Shown here: piece by piece, positions 47,366 to 60,590 of the stretch
How positions within the stretch are numbered: position 1 is the stretch's first letter
Layout of the letters: the number at the start of each line of letters is the position of its first letter
Origin: Carcharhinus amblyrhynchos
Taxonomy: Eukaryota
NCBI GenBank assembly: GCA_965287045.1
Contig: OZ336872.1
Span: 27,404,001 to 27,468,000 of the forward strand
Length of the DNA stretch: 64,000 nucleotides
Direction: 5' to 3'
Translations under genes and position numbers: made by a program
The notes under the pieces: generated by a model
The model's database searches: none
The model's input: the letters and a program-made list of their open reading frames with translations, nothing else
What the model was told of the DNA's origin: nothing

Positions 47366-50300
47366 ATGGCTTGGTGCAGCTGAAATTTTGGAAAGCTTTT
47401 CAGAAAATTCTTCATGGCAGGCTTCAAGCTGTAAGAATTCATGGACAGACAGAAAATGGATCAGAGATTTACAGAAGGAAAAGAAGCAGTGTTTGTGGGA
47501 GTGGGGGTAATGTCAGTGTACTGGAAACGATTGGAGAGAATATCCGAGATATTGGTGTTGGAATCCTAACTATTTAAATATATATTGAGTCATTGGAGTT
47601 ATCTAAACACTTAGTGTGTTTTTCTCACTATCCTGAACAATGACTATCCTATGAAATATGGTGGATGCCCTGTAATACAGTATCGTGATTCAAGGCAGAT
47701 CCTCAAATGTCATTACAATTGCAGACGCATTGTGACTGTTGATATTAGCTTCAGCCTAGAATCAAAGTCCTTTGGGAACACAGTAAGAAAGGCCACATAG
47801 TCGCTCTCATCATTCTTCAATGTCAGCAAAGCCCAGTGTTGGTCACATTTGTGCTCTAGTAAGATGCATATCAAAACAGTTCAGGAACCTGGAGGCAGAG
47901 GCCCTGCCCGTTGAGAGCTGCAGGGCAATCTGAAATGGCAGCTCTGCTGTGCAGTGGTGCTACTGGGACAGTGGGGAGGTGATGGCCCTAACCCTGGTAT
48001 TGTCACTAGATCGTGCCCAGAGGTGAGTGATGGTGGACTGTGGTGGTGGGTCAGTGCATTGGCATCATGGGAGAAGGGCATTAGCAGCAAGGGCATGGGG
48101 CTTCAGTGGCACCCACTTCCTGATGTCAGGTCCTTTGATCAGTGCACTAAGTGCCTTTGAATGAAAGACCCTTTGCTGGAGCCTGGAATGCTTGTCATGC
48201 TCCCTGGATGGAAAGCCCCTTATCTGCTGCTGGATTAATACCAACAGCAGCAGGATGAAACCCTTAAGTTGGCATTTTGCCCATTTAAGTGCCTAAATTG
48301 GCCTTCCTGCCATGGACTAAACTGGAGTGAAGGTGGCAGGGTATCCGTATCCCACCCTCCTGCTTGATTAAATGCTTCCTGTCCCCGACTCACCACAGGA
48401 GAAAACTTAAGCTTCTGGCCCACGTATTTAAGTTCCTGGAGTGGGAATTGAATAACAGCCATCTGACTCAGTGAGGCAAGATTGTTACCACTGAGCTACA
48501 GGTGAACACCTGAGGATTTTTGTTAACTTCCTGTGCCTGCACACTAGGGGTGAGATTTTCCAGCCACACTTGCCCCAAGATCGGAAAATCCCACCCAAGG
48601 TCAACGGACCACTGCGTAGTCCACCCTCACCTGCTACAAATCCAATGGGATGGGGAAAATTCACTCCAACTGTTAGTAAGTTAGGTGTCTGGATACCCAA
48701 ATGCGTTTGCTCCCTCACAGAATGGAATCTTGTGCGCTGCCTCATGGTGAGTTTCCTGCGGGGAGTAGTTAACCAAGTGGGAGGGTGGCAGGTGGAGACT
48801 AACTTCCTGTTTCCACTGTAATTAAGCAGTATGAGGCCCATGGACGGCCTTCTTGCCCAGCCACTAATTGAGGCTTTTAGGTGGCCTCATTCTTGTGCTG
48901 CTGGTATTACCCCAATGGCAGGCATGGGGCTCATCAGGAGAGGATAGCTCTCAGGGGGTGTCTTATGCTCAGAGACATTCAGTGCCTGATCGAGGGACCC
49001 AGCATCAGTTCGGGGCTTGTGCCTGCTGAGAACCACATCCCTCCCCTTACAGCCAATAACTACACCCCCCCCCCCCCCAACTCTCCTACCCCCCACCTGC
49101 TTTGCTCCACTATGACCCTCCTTTCTGCCATCACTTATTTACCTGTACCTAGCTCCCTTCTTGATCTCAGGGCTCGGGTGGGTGTACTACTCAGCAGTCA
49201 TTCCCTTCCCAGTGGAGCCACTGAGTACAGATGAGTTACCAGCCTTTGATTAACAGACAGCTTTCAGCTGGTGGGACTTCTGTCCCCAGCATCCTAATCA
49301 CCTACTTTTTTTTGCCTTTTTGTATGAACTCTTTGCTGCAGTGAGCTGGTCAGATTGCTTGTGGAGCAAAAAATGGGGTTTGCATGCGTTTTTGCACTGC
49401 ATGCAATGTAACAGGCACTGTTTTGCCGGCAAGATCGGCTTCACACCAGGAACAACTACAGCCCAATTTTTCACCTGTCACACAATCTTACCACCGTGCC
49501 TTGCCGAACAACGGCCCATAGAAGTCTTTTTTTGTAAGATTGCACCCTTCTCCTTTCTCAAAATTCAGTACTACCATTTGAATGCTAATAGATTTCCTAT
49601 TCTGAACACTAGTTGCTGCTAATGAATCAGCGAAAAAGTTGGAAGGAATATTGCACAACGCATAGCTTCAGCTGCAGTGTTAGCAGCGAGTAACAGAATA
49701 AGCAGAATGCTGGAGTAGGTATGTGCAAAACAAAACAAACCCCAGGAGTAAAAGTGCAATACTAAACTATCAATCACACCCTTATAAATCAATCTCCTAA
49801 TGTCCTGTGTGTGAATTTCCAGTCCAATGAACAGGTGATAAAGATTAATAATTACTACAAAATAAAACGCACAGAATTACAAAGGCTGTAGTGAAGGCCG
49901 CCTCACTTCTTCCAGTCTTTCAAGAAGGAATTCGATATGTTTTTGAAATATCTAGGTCATTATGGCATACGAAGATTAGAAACAATTATTTTTGAACATA
50001 ACTGATTAGTTCAAGATCTTATGGGATTTGCCTATTTGTCTATGAGGCTACAGAAACAGATATTTGACAGAGCGCCCCTTAGTTGACAGCAGATAGAAGG
50101 ATAAGAGGGCAGAAAGATTTTGGAAAAGAGTGTTAGCATGTGGGCCTGAGGTCGCTGAGGGCATTGCTTCAACTTCAATGTTCTTGTAGGAAATTCAGAT
50201 TGTCACAGTAATGTCATTCAGTGTGGCAAATGCCTTGAGGTACCAACACATTGGCAGAGGATTAATATTTCTCTGAAATGCAGGCAAGTGGCAACATAAT

Positions 50301-50866
50301 GAACCTAAAGTAAACCTAATTAAATCTTTTACATTAGTAAAACAATTAGGCCGACTGTTAAATTCCTCTGGTTACTTTCAAAGCAACAACACCAGCAGCA
50401 TCAAATGGAATGCACCAGTACAGGAATATCATAACAACCTCTCAATATTGCCATGTTTGAAAAAAATTCTTTTTACATTGGTTTCCTCCCCATGTGTGGA
50501 ATCATAATTCATCTTGCTTAAATAATGCTTGCAGGACCATTGCAGGATTGAGGGAAGGTTTATTTTAAGCACTATGCATACCAAAATCGCAAGCCCATGT
50601 ATAAAAATTGTACTTATCTTTTCACTTCAGAAGAATTCTTCCCCTCATCCACCTCCACTAGTCTATTGGCGTAGTGTTTTTTTAAAAGGCTGGTGGCATA
50701 AATATGTTGGTGTCGTAGCAACTGCCTGATCCTGTCATTGAGCTCAAGTGCCTATCAGTTATTTTTTTCTGTTCCTTTTCCCCCAACAGCAATTTATCTT
50801 AAATTGCTAAAAGCCTCTGGTACTCAAAAAAATGTTTACTTTCAAAACAGTCTCCCTTATATTGCA

Positions 50867-51185
50867 CAGAATCCCTAGAGGACAGAAGAGGGCCATTCAG
50901 TCCATCAAGTCTGTACTGACCAAAATCCCACCCAAGTCCTACTCCTGTAACTCCACACATTTATGATGTTAATACCCCTGATACTAGATCAATTTAGCAT
51001 GGCCAGTCAATGTAACCAGCACATCTTTGGACTGTGGGAAGAAACTGGAACACCCAGAGGAAACCCACACAGACACAGGGAGAACATGCAGACTCCACAG
51101 ATACAGTAACCCTAGGCCAGAATTGAACCTGGGACCCTGGTGCTGTGAGGCAGCAGTGCCAACGATTGTGCCACCATGCCGCCCC
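50867..51185 (-). mobile_element. HE1-type V-SINE
   Basis: Full head (ends gtgccaccatgccgccc), V-domain and CR1-like tail on the minus strand. Confidence 0.88.
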
Positions 51186-51334
51186 ATAGTTCATAACTTG
51201 GTCAAATGACAACAATAGGCGGAAGAATGAATAGTATTAAAATAGGATTTAATTGTGCAATGTTCAATATCTCTTTTTCTTCGTTGTATTTTCCCCAATT
51301 TCCATTGGGCTTTTCAATTTCATTCAGAATACAA

Positions 51335-51673
51335 GGGCGGCACAGTTATTAGCACTGCTGCTTCACAGCTCCAGGGACCTGGGTTTGATTCCAAGCTTGG
51401 GTCATTTTCTGTGTGGAGTTTGCACATTCTGCTCATGTCTGCGTGGGTTTCCTCCAGGTGCTCCAGTTTCCTCCCACAGTTCAAAGATATGCGGGTTAGG
51501 TTGATTGGCCATGTTAAAAATTGCCCCTAGTGTCCTGAGATACATAGATTAGAGGGATTAGTGGATAAATGTGTAGGAGTGTAGGGGAAGGGCCTGGGTG
51601 GGATTGTGGTCAGTGCAGATGCAATGGGCCAAATGGCCTCTTTCTGTACTGTAGGATTTCTACGACTTCTATG
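51335..51673 (+). mobile_element. HE1-type V-SINE
   Basis: gggcggcacag head, B-box, V-domain and tail ctgtaggatttctacgacttctatg. Confidence 0.88.
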
Positions 51674-54137
51674 AGAGTTAAACAAAGCAAACATTAAGTA
51701 ATATCTGTGATAGCCTGTGGTACTCTGAAATGCATAATCAACATAAGTTAAACATGAAGTAACAAAGCAAATTGTGATTGATTATAAACTATAAATTGCA
51801 AAGTAAATGGCAGATACAGCTAAGACAGATCTTACGAATTGGCTGAGTAGGCCATCCAGTACCTATGTCATCAATCTCAGTCATAAAATCCTTGAGAACT
51901 CTGCCTTCCTCATAAAGAATTCCAGTTTCTCCTCCTCTAGGGTTTAACTTGATTCTTAGATGAAAGCAGTGCACAACCAATATGAGTTTGAAGGACACAG
52001 TCTTCACCCAAAATGGCACACATATGCAAACCCTCCTTAGCTCTGAATGGCGTAGATCCACCAATGTTATCATCAAGTGACAGAAACACTGGCAGCAATA
52101 TGTCATGGCCATATTCTCAGTTTCTGAATCTAGCTGCTGGCTGGAATTCTCTGGCCTTTCATGCCGGCAGGATCTTCCAGTCCCGCTGATGACATATGTT
52201 CTTCCCAGCAGCATGAGGGTGAAATCAATGGGAAATCTCATAGATAACAGTAGGACCAGAAGATTCCATCACCAATGACCTGTCACCAAGAGACACACAG
52301 CTGGGAGACCAGAGAATCCTGCCCTCTGTCTTTTCATAGCCTGCCTGTCTGCACCACTGAACTCATCATCTATGACTGAGCTCTATGGTTCTGTCACCTT
52401 TTATATGGTTTCAATTGGAAGTTATGCTTTCGAATCTCAGTTTCAGTCTTAGTTTCTGAAAAATTGGTTTCTTTTCTCAGTTTCTCTTTACGGTTTCTCT
52501 TTCCAGTTTCACTTTTCAAGCAAGGTCTATCTCAAAAATTACAAGCTTTGAAATTATGGATTTCATCACAATTAGTCTGAATAGATTTCCTCCAATCACT
52601 GAATCAAATATGATAGTCAGAAAAATTGCTACAATCTGCAATATTTCAGAACTATTTCATAAGAGTTTGTGCAACATAGTTAGCTTAGAAATACTACTCA
52701 TCAGTTGACCACGAAACAAAAGATAAGAGCCAACCAGTTCTGACACACTGGACTGGGCCACATCCTCAGATTTCATTTATAATTTTAAGGTAAAGGTGCT
52801 ATAAGATAAAGGTTCCTTATTCCTCAGGGACTAGCTGAGAAGAAATTACACCATCCTGAGAGACTGTTGCCCTATCTGTACCTCATCCTGCTTTCCTCTG
52901 GATATTGGATATCACTTGCCCAACAATCTCTATGGATACTGATGTTTGGACATCACTTTACATAGGCTGTCTCAGACCACACCCCTAATGTCTCTGAACC
53001 AGAAATGCCACAGGCACAGTGTTTGTCAGGGGAATAGGGTATCTTCTTTGGATCTGTCCTCAGGGCTCCACCGCAAATGTTTACGGAGTTGCTGTATGGT
53101 GAATACATGTTTCCCAATCCCTCTTGTACTACTGCACGGAGGAATACTTTTGGAACTCTGACTGTTGTGCAAGAACATGTAAACACTCTTAAATGACTGT
53201 GCAAATGCTCATTTTCAATATCAGCTACTTGCATAGTCAGATTTCTAATGCAAGAATCTACAATGGAGGAACACCTGGGCCCTGCCCATTGTTCGGGTTT
53301 GTTTAACTGTACAGTGTAGCCAACTGTATAAAGCAACTCTTTCAGAGCTACTCTCAGGATTTCCCTTCTCCTGCTATTCATTGCATTCCATACACTTCTG
53401 GAAAATACACATTAAAATCCTGAGTAAAATCTGATCTTGCAAATCTGTTGAAATCAGCTTTGCGCTGCATGAAGTGTCATAACCCATTTTGCCAGGTCTA
53501 CTCAATTGGCCCCTTCATACCAATGTTTAAAAATACATAATTGACTGTACCATTCAGACTGTTTGAAACAACTGCCCTGGTTAAGAAGTTAACTTGTCAT
53601 TAACTATTTTGATATTAGTAGCCACTAAAATAATTAAATTTTTTGGTTTTGATTGGACTTGAATTGAAATGGTTTGAATTGGAAAGGATCATATAACATC
53701 AATGAGTAACAATTTGTGCCCTTTTGGTAGGTTTGTATAATTTCACAATTTTTGCAGCGTTCCACCTAAGTATCTGATATAAACAAAATATCTATCCGAT
53801 CATACAAAGTTCTAATATCATAAGCACTTGTTTGAAATTACATATGGCTCATTTACTTTACTATTTTGGTATTTATGACAGCTCCATCATTGATATAAAT
53901 TAACAATATAAACAGGGGCAGTGAAGCAGCCACAGATGATGAGCAAATGTAATGGGCCTAGAAATTAGTTGGTGCTGCTCCCATCTTACATGCATAGAAA
54001 GTGCACCCGAGTGCTCAGTCTGGTGGGTAATGTGCATGCACCCGAATTGACCTCCACTTCCATACTGGATTGTGACCTTTCACAGAAGCGACAGGGCATA
54101 TGAGAGATATATAAAATAGTAACTGAAATGCCTAAAG

Positions 54138-55258
54138 CAGGCTTGTCCAATCTTTTCACGTGGGGGGCGTATTTTAAAATTTTCCGGGGGCCGAGGAGCA
54201 AATTTCAGAAAGCTAAAGCTTGACACAGCATTTAACATGAATTGTTTTTTTTAAACTGAGGAACGAAAAGAAATAACTTGCTCAGCAAAATATCAATGAG
54301 TAATAAATAAAAATGAGTATTGGATTGTTAGAGGGTGAGTGTGTTTATGGCTGCCACACTCCCAGTCTCTCACACTCACGGCTTTAGCCACTGTACGAGT
54401 GGGTGACAGTGCACGTTGGTTTGCGGGGGTGAGGGCAAAAGAGAGCCCTGAGACTAAGAGTGAACCAGATTTACGCACACTCTGCCCTCATACACACAAA
54501 CACTCTCTCTCTCTTTGTCTCTTTCTCCCACCTCACACACAGTGTGGGATTTTCTGGTCTCATCCATGGCGGGACCTGGTGTTAGTGAGATTGGAAAATT
54601 TGGCATTCCAGCCGAAACTCCGTTCACTTGCAGCTGGACCGGAAAATCACTGCCGCAAATGAGGATGGAAGATTTTGGCCCCTATCTCTCTTTCCCCCTC
54701 ACGCTCGCTCCATCTCTCTCCACTGCACTCTCTCTCTTGCCCACCCACGTTATTATCTCTACATCGCCCCCACGCACACTCTCTCTCTGCCCACACACAC
54801 AGTCTCTGGGTGGAATTTTCCCATTTTGGGACTAAATGCCATGGTGGGGGAGGGAACATGGAGTGTTTCCCACTGCAGAGGCTGATGGGAAATCTCTACC
54901 CCCCGGCAACACATACTTTCTCCCCCTGCCTGCCCACACCTCTACTCCTCCACACTTTCTCTTTCACATGCCATTTCCAATCACTCATATACTCAACTGC
55001 TAGAGGACCTCACTCTCACTGTCTCATCCTCTACTCACGCTGGCCTTGGCCCCCACCCAAATCCTGCGGCTTCATGCCTCATTCAAGTTCACCTGGGCCC
55101 TGTCGCTCAAGTTGCTTCAAGCTCTGGTCTCTGAACTTAACTCCAAAACTCACCTTCCCACTCTTTGCTGCTTGTCCAATCACGGGCTGGTGTCGCTCTC
55201 TCGACTGTAAATGTCGGAGACCACAACCAGACCACAGGCCATGAGTTGGACAAGCCTG
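54138..55258. mobile_element. Non-autonomous hAT (Charlie-like) DNA transposon with nested MITEs
   Basis: Perfect 13-bp TIR CAGGCTTGTCCAA / TTGGACAAGCCTG. 8-bp flanks gcctaaag / gtctaagt resemble the NTCTAGAN target. Confidence 0.75.
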
Positions 55259-55266
55259 GTCTAAGT

Positions 55267-55795
55267 GGGTGGCATGATGGCACAGTGATTCGCACTGCTG
55301 CCTCAGAGTGCTAGGGACCCGGGTTCAATTCCAGGCTTGGGTGACCGTGTGGAATTTGTACACTTTCCCCGTGCCCACGAGGGTTTCTTCCTTGTGCTCC
55401 GGTTTTCTGCCATAGCCCAAAGATGCGCAGATAGATGGATCTACAATTCTAAGTTGCACCTTAGTGACCGAAGATGTGTGGATGAGGTGGATTAGCTTTG
55501 GTCCAAAGATGTGTGGGTTAGTTTGATCGGCCATGTTAAATTTACCCTTGTGTCAGAGGGGTTAGCAGGGTAATTATGTGGCATTACAGGAATAGGGCAT
55601 GGGTGGAGTTGTGGTCGGTGCAGGCTCGATGGGCTGAATGGCCGCCTTCTGCAATGTAGGGATTCTATGATTCTAAATGTGTGGGTTTAAAAGGATAGGG
55701 TGGGGGTTAGGCCTGGGTAAAATGCTCTTTTGGAGAGTTGGTGTAGATTAGATGGGCTGAATGGGCTCTTTTTACATTGCATTGAGTTCTATGAT
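55267..55795 (+). mobile_element. Composite HE1-type V-SINE with internal repeats and a doubled tail
   Basis: A/B boxes, three aagatg(c/t)g..g.t.g repeats at 55420-55530, and two tails ending ttctatga (~55670 and ~55792). Confidence 0.8.
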
Positions 55796-57559
55796 AAAGC
55801 AAGTTCCTAAATTTGTTATAGGACACTTTTCTGAATCAAATTGTCCCAGCGCTTCACATGCTAAGCAATCTATCTTGCTGAAGAGTTGCAAAGACCCTTC
55901 AGCTGTGCTGTTTAAGAAGTGTATTCACTATATACAGATTGGTTGTTGATTTGTTATTTCACCACTTTGGACATTTTTTACTTCTATATCTTAACTCTGA
56001 GAAATTCCAGTAGATTTGATTCTTCACCCTATCTCTCTAATGAGTAAAAAGCAATCCTTGAAATTGAGGTCTTGAATAATAAGAATGCCATTTCCATTTG
56101 TTCTTTAGGAGTATATAGAGTCAAAACAATTATAATTATTGGGTTCTGCCAAACTAAAATATAACTTGAGTTAAAAATAGTGCTGTAATGAGACATTTCA
56201 CGGTTCATCTAATTTTGCCTTAGTTTAATAGCTGATTACTTCATTTTACATTATTCACTTTACAATATAGCAAATCCAAAATAATTAAGGAGAAAACAAA
56301 ACTCAAACAATAACCCAAACCACCAATGTAATTTTTCTAAAGGTTCATCTTTTGGGGTTTCTTAGCCACTCACGGTTAGTGTTGAGGGCTGAGAATCCCT
56401 TCTACTCTAACCTTGTCTGCCCTTTATGATATTAGAGTCAGTGTGGCCAACCTCAGAGCAGAATTTCCTATGGCACTCTTAGCAGGAAATTACTCTTGGG
56501 ATTTTGCCATCATGAGGGTGTCACTTCCCACCCACGTTACCTTCCAATCTGACTGGTATAGATTGAAATGCAAAAATGGGCCCAAACTGGAGGATGTCAA
56601 TGTAAACAATTAGGGCTCAAGGAAATGTTAATCGCACGGCTTATATCTGTTTCACAGGTGCGAAAATGGAAGTTTCAAGCCATCTAATGGTCATTCATGC
56701 ATATTAGACACAGCATGTTTAAGAACAAGCTGCTCCAGATGTACCCTTTTTAATCAATGGTTCCTGAGGAATGGCATCTGCATCTACCTGGAGTGTCTTG
56801 CAACATCTAACACAGAGTACTTAAAGCTGTCTCTGATTCCATCATCTGCTCATAGTTACTTGAGACAATGAATCATCAGTCATAACCCACCTAACTGGCT
56901 TATTGGTCCCACCAAAGTTCAAGTATCTGAGCTGAGCATGAGTCCTGTGACTTCATTGTTTTCAGCAGGTTGTTGGCCACTTATAACAAGATGCATGAAT
57001 GCCCTGTGAGAGAGAAAAGGCATGAATGAGTACTGACAAAATTACAAGGTTTGGCATCATCATCATACACATGATCATATTTCATTGACATCAAACCAAA
57101 ATGATTGAGTGTTATACACCACATGGACGTCCAATATTTATTTCAGTCTCCAGGTAATTGGGAGACCCAATATGCCCACCCAAAGGTCAGACAGACACTC
57201 CATTTGCTTCCAGCATCTTTTCCTTTACACTTGTTAGCTGTGAGATCTGTCAAGGACCACTTTTACCTCTCTGCCTCACCCCCATCTTCTGTACTCTCTT
57301 CTCTTATAATGAAAACAAAAGATACGTATAAGTGATAATTATGGCATGTGCTGAACAGATTGATGCAGAACACTTGCTCACAGGGACTATGAGGGAGAGG
57401 CATTTGGATGATGATCAGTATTACTGGTGGATAAACAGATGGGGATATGAGGAACTGTTTAAATAGAGAGGAACCTTTGTGGGTATCTGCAAGGTAAGTT
57501 GATATAGAAATATGAGTAGGCTTGGGAAAGCAGGTGGGTGCTTGGAATGATTTGCCTGT

Positions 57560-57800
57560 CAGAATGTAGGTGAATGGACCATTGCTCTGACCTCTCTTGT
57601 TTGCTCAGGTCATTGAACTGCTTTCTACATAGTATCCAGAAAATATTATGGCACCTCCTGCGAATTTCCTCCACCACCTCTAAGCATGGCTTCTCAGCAG
57701 CCTCTTCTTCCCATTGCTAGGAAGAGTACATTTCCCTGCTTCTTGACAATGCCCAGCAGCACATCCATGATGGGTTCACAGAACTAAAGTGCAGACTTCT
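57560..57800 (-). pseudogene. PIF/Harbinger Myb/SANT-like ORF remnant
   Basis: Minus strand MDVLLGIVKKQGNVLF...EVVEEIRRR...WILCRKQFNDL resembles the Harbinger Myb-like motif (W.QCRKRFNDL). Confidence 0.55.
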
Positions 57801-57867
57801 TGACCCCCATCGTCCCACTTCCTTCCCTTGGCCACACCCCCAAGGCCATCAAGTTGCATATTTGACA

Positions 57868-58152
57868 GAATCATAAAACTATAGAGTCCCTAAAGTGCAG
57901 AAGGAGGCCATTTGACCCATCAAGTCTGCACCAACCACAATCCCACTCAGGCCCTATCCTTGTAACCCCACCTATTTACCCTGAGGAGCAACTTAGCATG
58001 GCCAATCAACCTAACCTGCACATCTTTGGAGAGTGGGAGGAAACCAGAGCACCCGGAGGAAACCCATGCAGACACAAGGAGAATGTGCAAACTCCGCATA
58101 GTGACCCAAGGCTGGAATTGAGCCTAGGTCCCTGGTGCTGTGAGGCAGCAGT
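57868..58152 (-). mobile_element. HE1-type V-SINE
   Basis: Reverse complement of tail, V-domain and B-box region. Confidence 0.85.
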
Positions 58153-59199
58153 GCAGCAGCCCTTAAGTTTCCTGCAGTTGAAATTGTCCCAAGTGGGTCA
58201 TTATCATCATAGCCCCTGACATCATTTGGTTGGAGAACCTAGAAATGACCTGTTGATGCAGTGGCTGGGTTACAAAGCCACTGAGAAATGTTACACTGAC
58301 ATCTGGATTTCCCACACCCCACTGGACTTCCAGCTGCCAGCATGTTGAATTTTAAAATCCAGCCCTTTCCCTCTAAGGGAGTTTAAACTTAAGCTTATTT
58401 TCTGTCTGTTTCCTTGAACTACATTGACATTTGGAACTGTGAAAACAGCAGAATATTATCAACTCGCATCTGTGAAGTGCTGTTCTCAAAACATTGGACA
58501 GTAAATAATCTATCCCTATTCTGCATAAGTTAAATACTGCTACTTTAGACAATTTGGCATTTAGATGAAACTCTGTAATATTCATTAAACTATTCAAAGA
58601 ATCAACTGCTATAATATAGATAGAAAGCTTAGAATTAAAAATTTTAAAATGAACTTTTTTTACTAGATGGTTCCCTAATCTTTCTCTTTTATTAGTGGTG
58701 ATGGGAACAAAATCACCTTGATGCTGGGCTGTGCAGCTGACATTTACAATACTTAGGCTGTGCTTATTGTGTGAAAGGCTTAGTATGTACTCACATTAAT
58801 CTTGCTGTCAGTAAAGACATGCAAGGCCTATATTTATTATGTGAGGCGGGACATTATGAATAAATTGAATTCACTGTTGAAAAGACATTAGACACCTATT
58901 ATATAGTTGCAATTAATCATATTGGTTCTGTTTTATTAAACTGAAGTCTCAGAACAGTGATACTAAAGAAATAGAAAATGTGTTCTAACCAGTTTATAGA
59001 AAATTCCATAGGTAAAATTGTACATCTGTCGTGAATGAGTTTTGTAAGTTGTTTAGAGAAAAAAATGTTGTGTTTGAAGTCCCCCCCACTTCCCTGCTAC
59101 AGGATGTAAAAGGATCCATTCTTGCACAAACTGTGAGATTTATTTTCCATTATTGAGAGGAGATTTCACTGTTTCTGATCGCCAGCAATGGCTTCTCTG

Positions 59200-60590
59200 C
59201 CAGCTTCCATTCAATGACCCCCTGGTCTCCCCAAGGATTGATTGTTGACCTTTCTTATTTGCCATCTATATGCTGCCCCTCAGCGATGTCATCCAAAATC
59301 AGTCAGTTTCTGCTTGTGTGCTGATTATGCAACTGGATCTCACCATCACTTCTCTCTTGAGCCTCCACCATCATAATTTTTTTATACATTCATAGGATAC
59401 TGGCGTTTCTGGCTGGGCCAGCATTTATTGGCCATTCTTAATTGCCCTCGAGAATGTGGTGTTGAGCTGCCTCCCTGAACCGCTGCAGTCCATGTGGTGT
59501 AGACACACCCACAAGAAACCATCAGGAAACCCAGTCAACAGCAGTAAAATTTCGCATTTAGACTGACATAGAAACATAGCAACTAGAAGCAGGAATAGGC
59601 CATTTGGCCCTTCGAGACTGTCCCACCATTCATTTTGAGCATGACTGATCATCAAATTCAATATCCTGATCTCGCAGTGACAATGAGGTTTGTACCTCAT
59701 TACTGGATTTAATGCTCCATCCATTTCCTTGGAATGGATTAGTTAACCAGCCACCTCAGGCCTCAGTGAAAACAATGAATGGATAGGTTTAGGTTTAGAA
59801 ACTGATATCTGAAACTTTAACTAACACTGGATCCAAATCCACTCTTCTTTGAAGTTAAAATTTGGCACAATTCTGATGTACCCTTACAGACTAAATTACC
59901 TAGACACTGACTCTATCCCTCTGCCTGGCAACTGCCTTGACGCTGAACTGGAGTGTTCACAACCTTGATGTGATAGTTGATGCTGTGATGAACTTCTGAT
60001 CAGAGCTCCATACTATCACCAAGACTGCCTATCTCTATCCTTGTAACACCCAATTCTGATCCTGTCTCAATATCTGCTGCTGAAACCCTCATTTAAGCCT
60101 TTATTACCTCTAGACCCGATTATTCCAACACACTCCTGGCCAAATCTCCATGTTTATCCTCATGAATTTGAGGTTATTCTGCTGTCAATGCCCGAAATTA
60201 CAGCCATGAACCCTATCCTCACTGACCTACTTTTGCTCTTAGTTAAGTAATGCTTTGATGACTCGCCCTTTGCTATCTCTGGAATTGCCTCCAGCTCCAC
60301 ATCCCCTGAGATATCTGAAGATATCCTTTGACTCTGGTCTTTTTGCACCTTGAATTGCCTTCAGTTGTCTATAGGCCCTAAGTTCTGGAACACCCTTACT
60401 CGACCTTTCTGTCTCTCTACCTCTCTATCCTCTCTTAAGTCACTTGTAAAAACCTACCTCTTTGATCGAGTTTTTGGTCATCTGCCCTAATATCTCTATA
60501 TGTGTTTTGGTGTCAGACTTGACTTCATAAATGCACATCTTGTATTTTATGTTAATGTTAAGGGCTTTATATAAATGCAAGTTGTTGTTG
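59200..60590 (+). mobile_element. L2-type LINE RT/3' remnant interrupted by SINE/CR1 tails (~59380-59670)
   Basis: GLPQG...IYMLPLSDVIQ..VSFCLCAD at 59223-59325. AAETLI*AFITSRPDYSNTLLA at ~60075-60140. L2 tail gctttatataaatgcaagttg. Confidence 0.75.

Noticed and set aside
54675-55244. 189-aa ORF
   Set aside because: Low-complexity CT/CA-rich filler inside the hAT element
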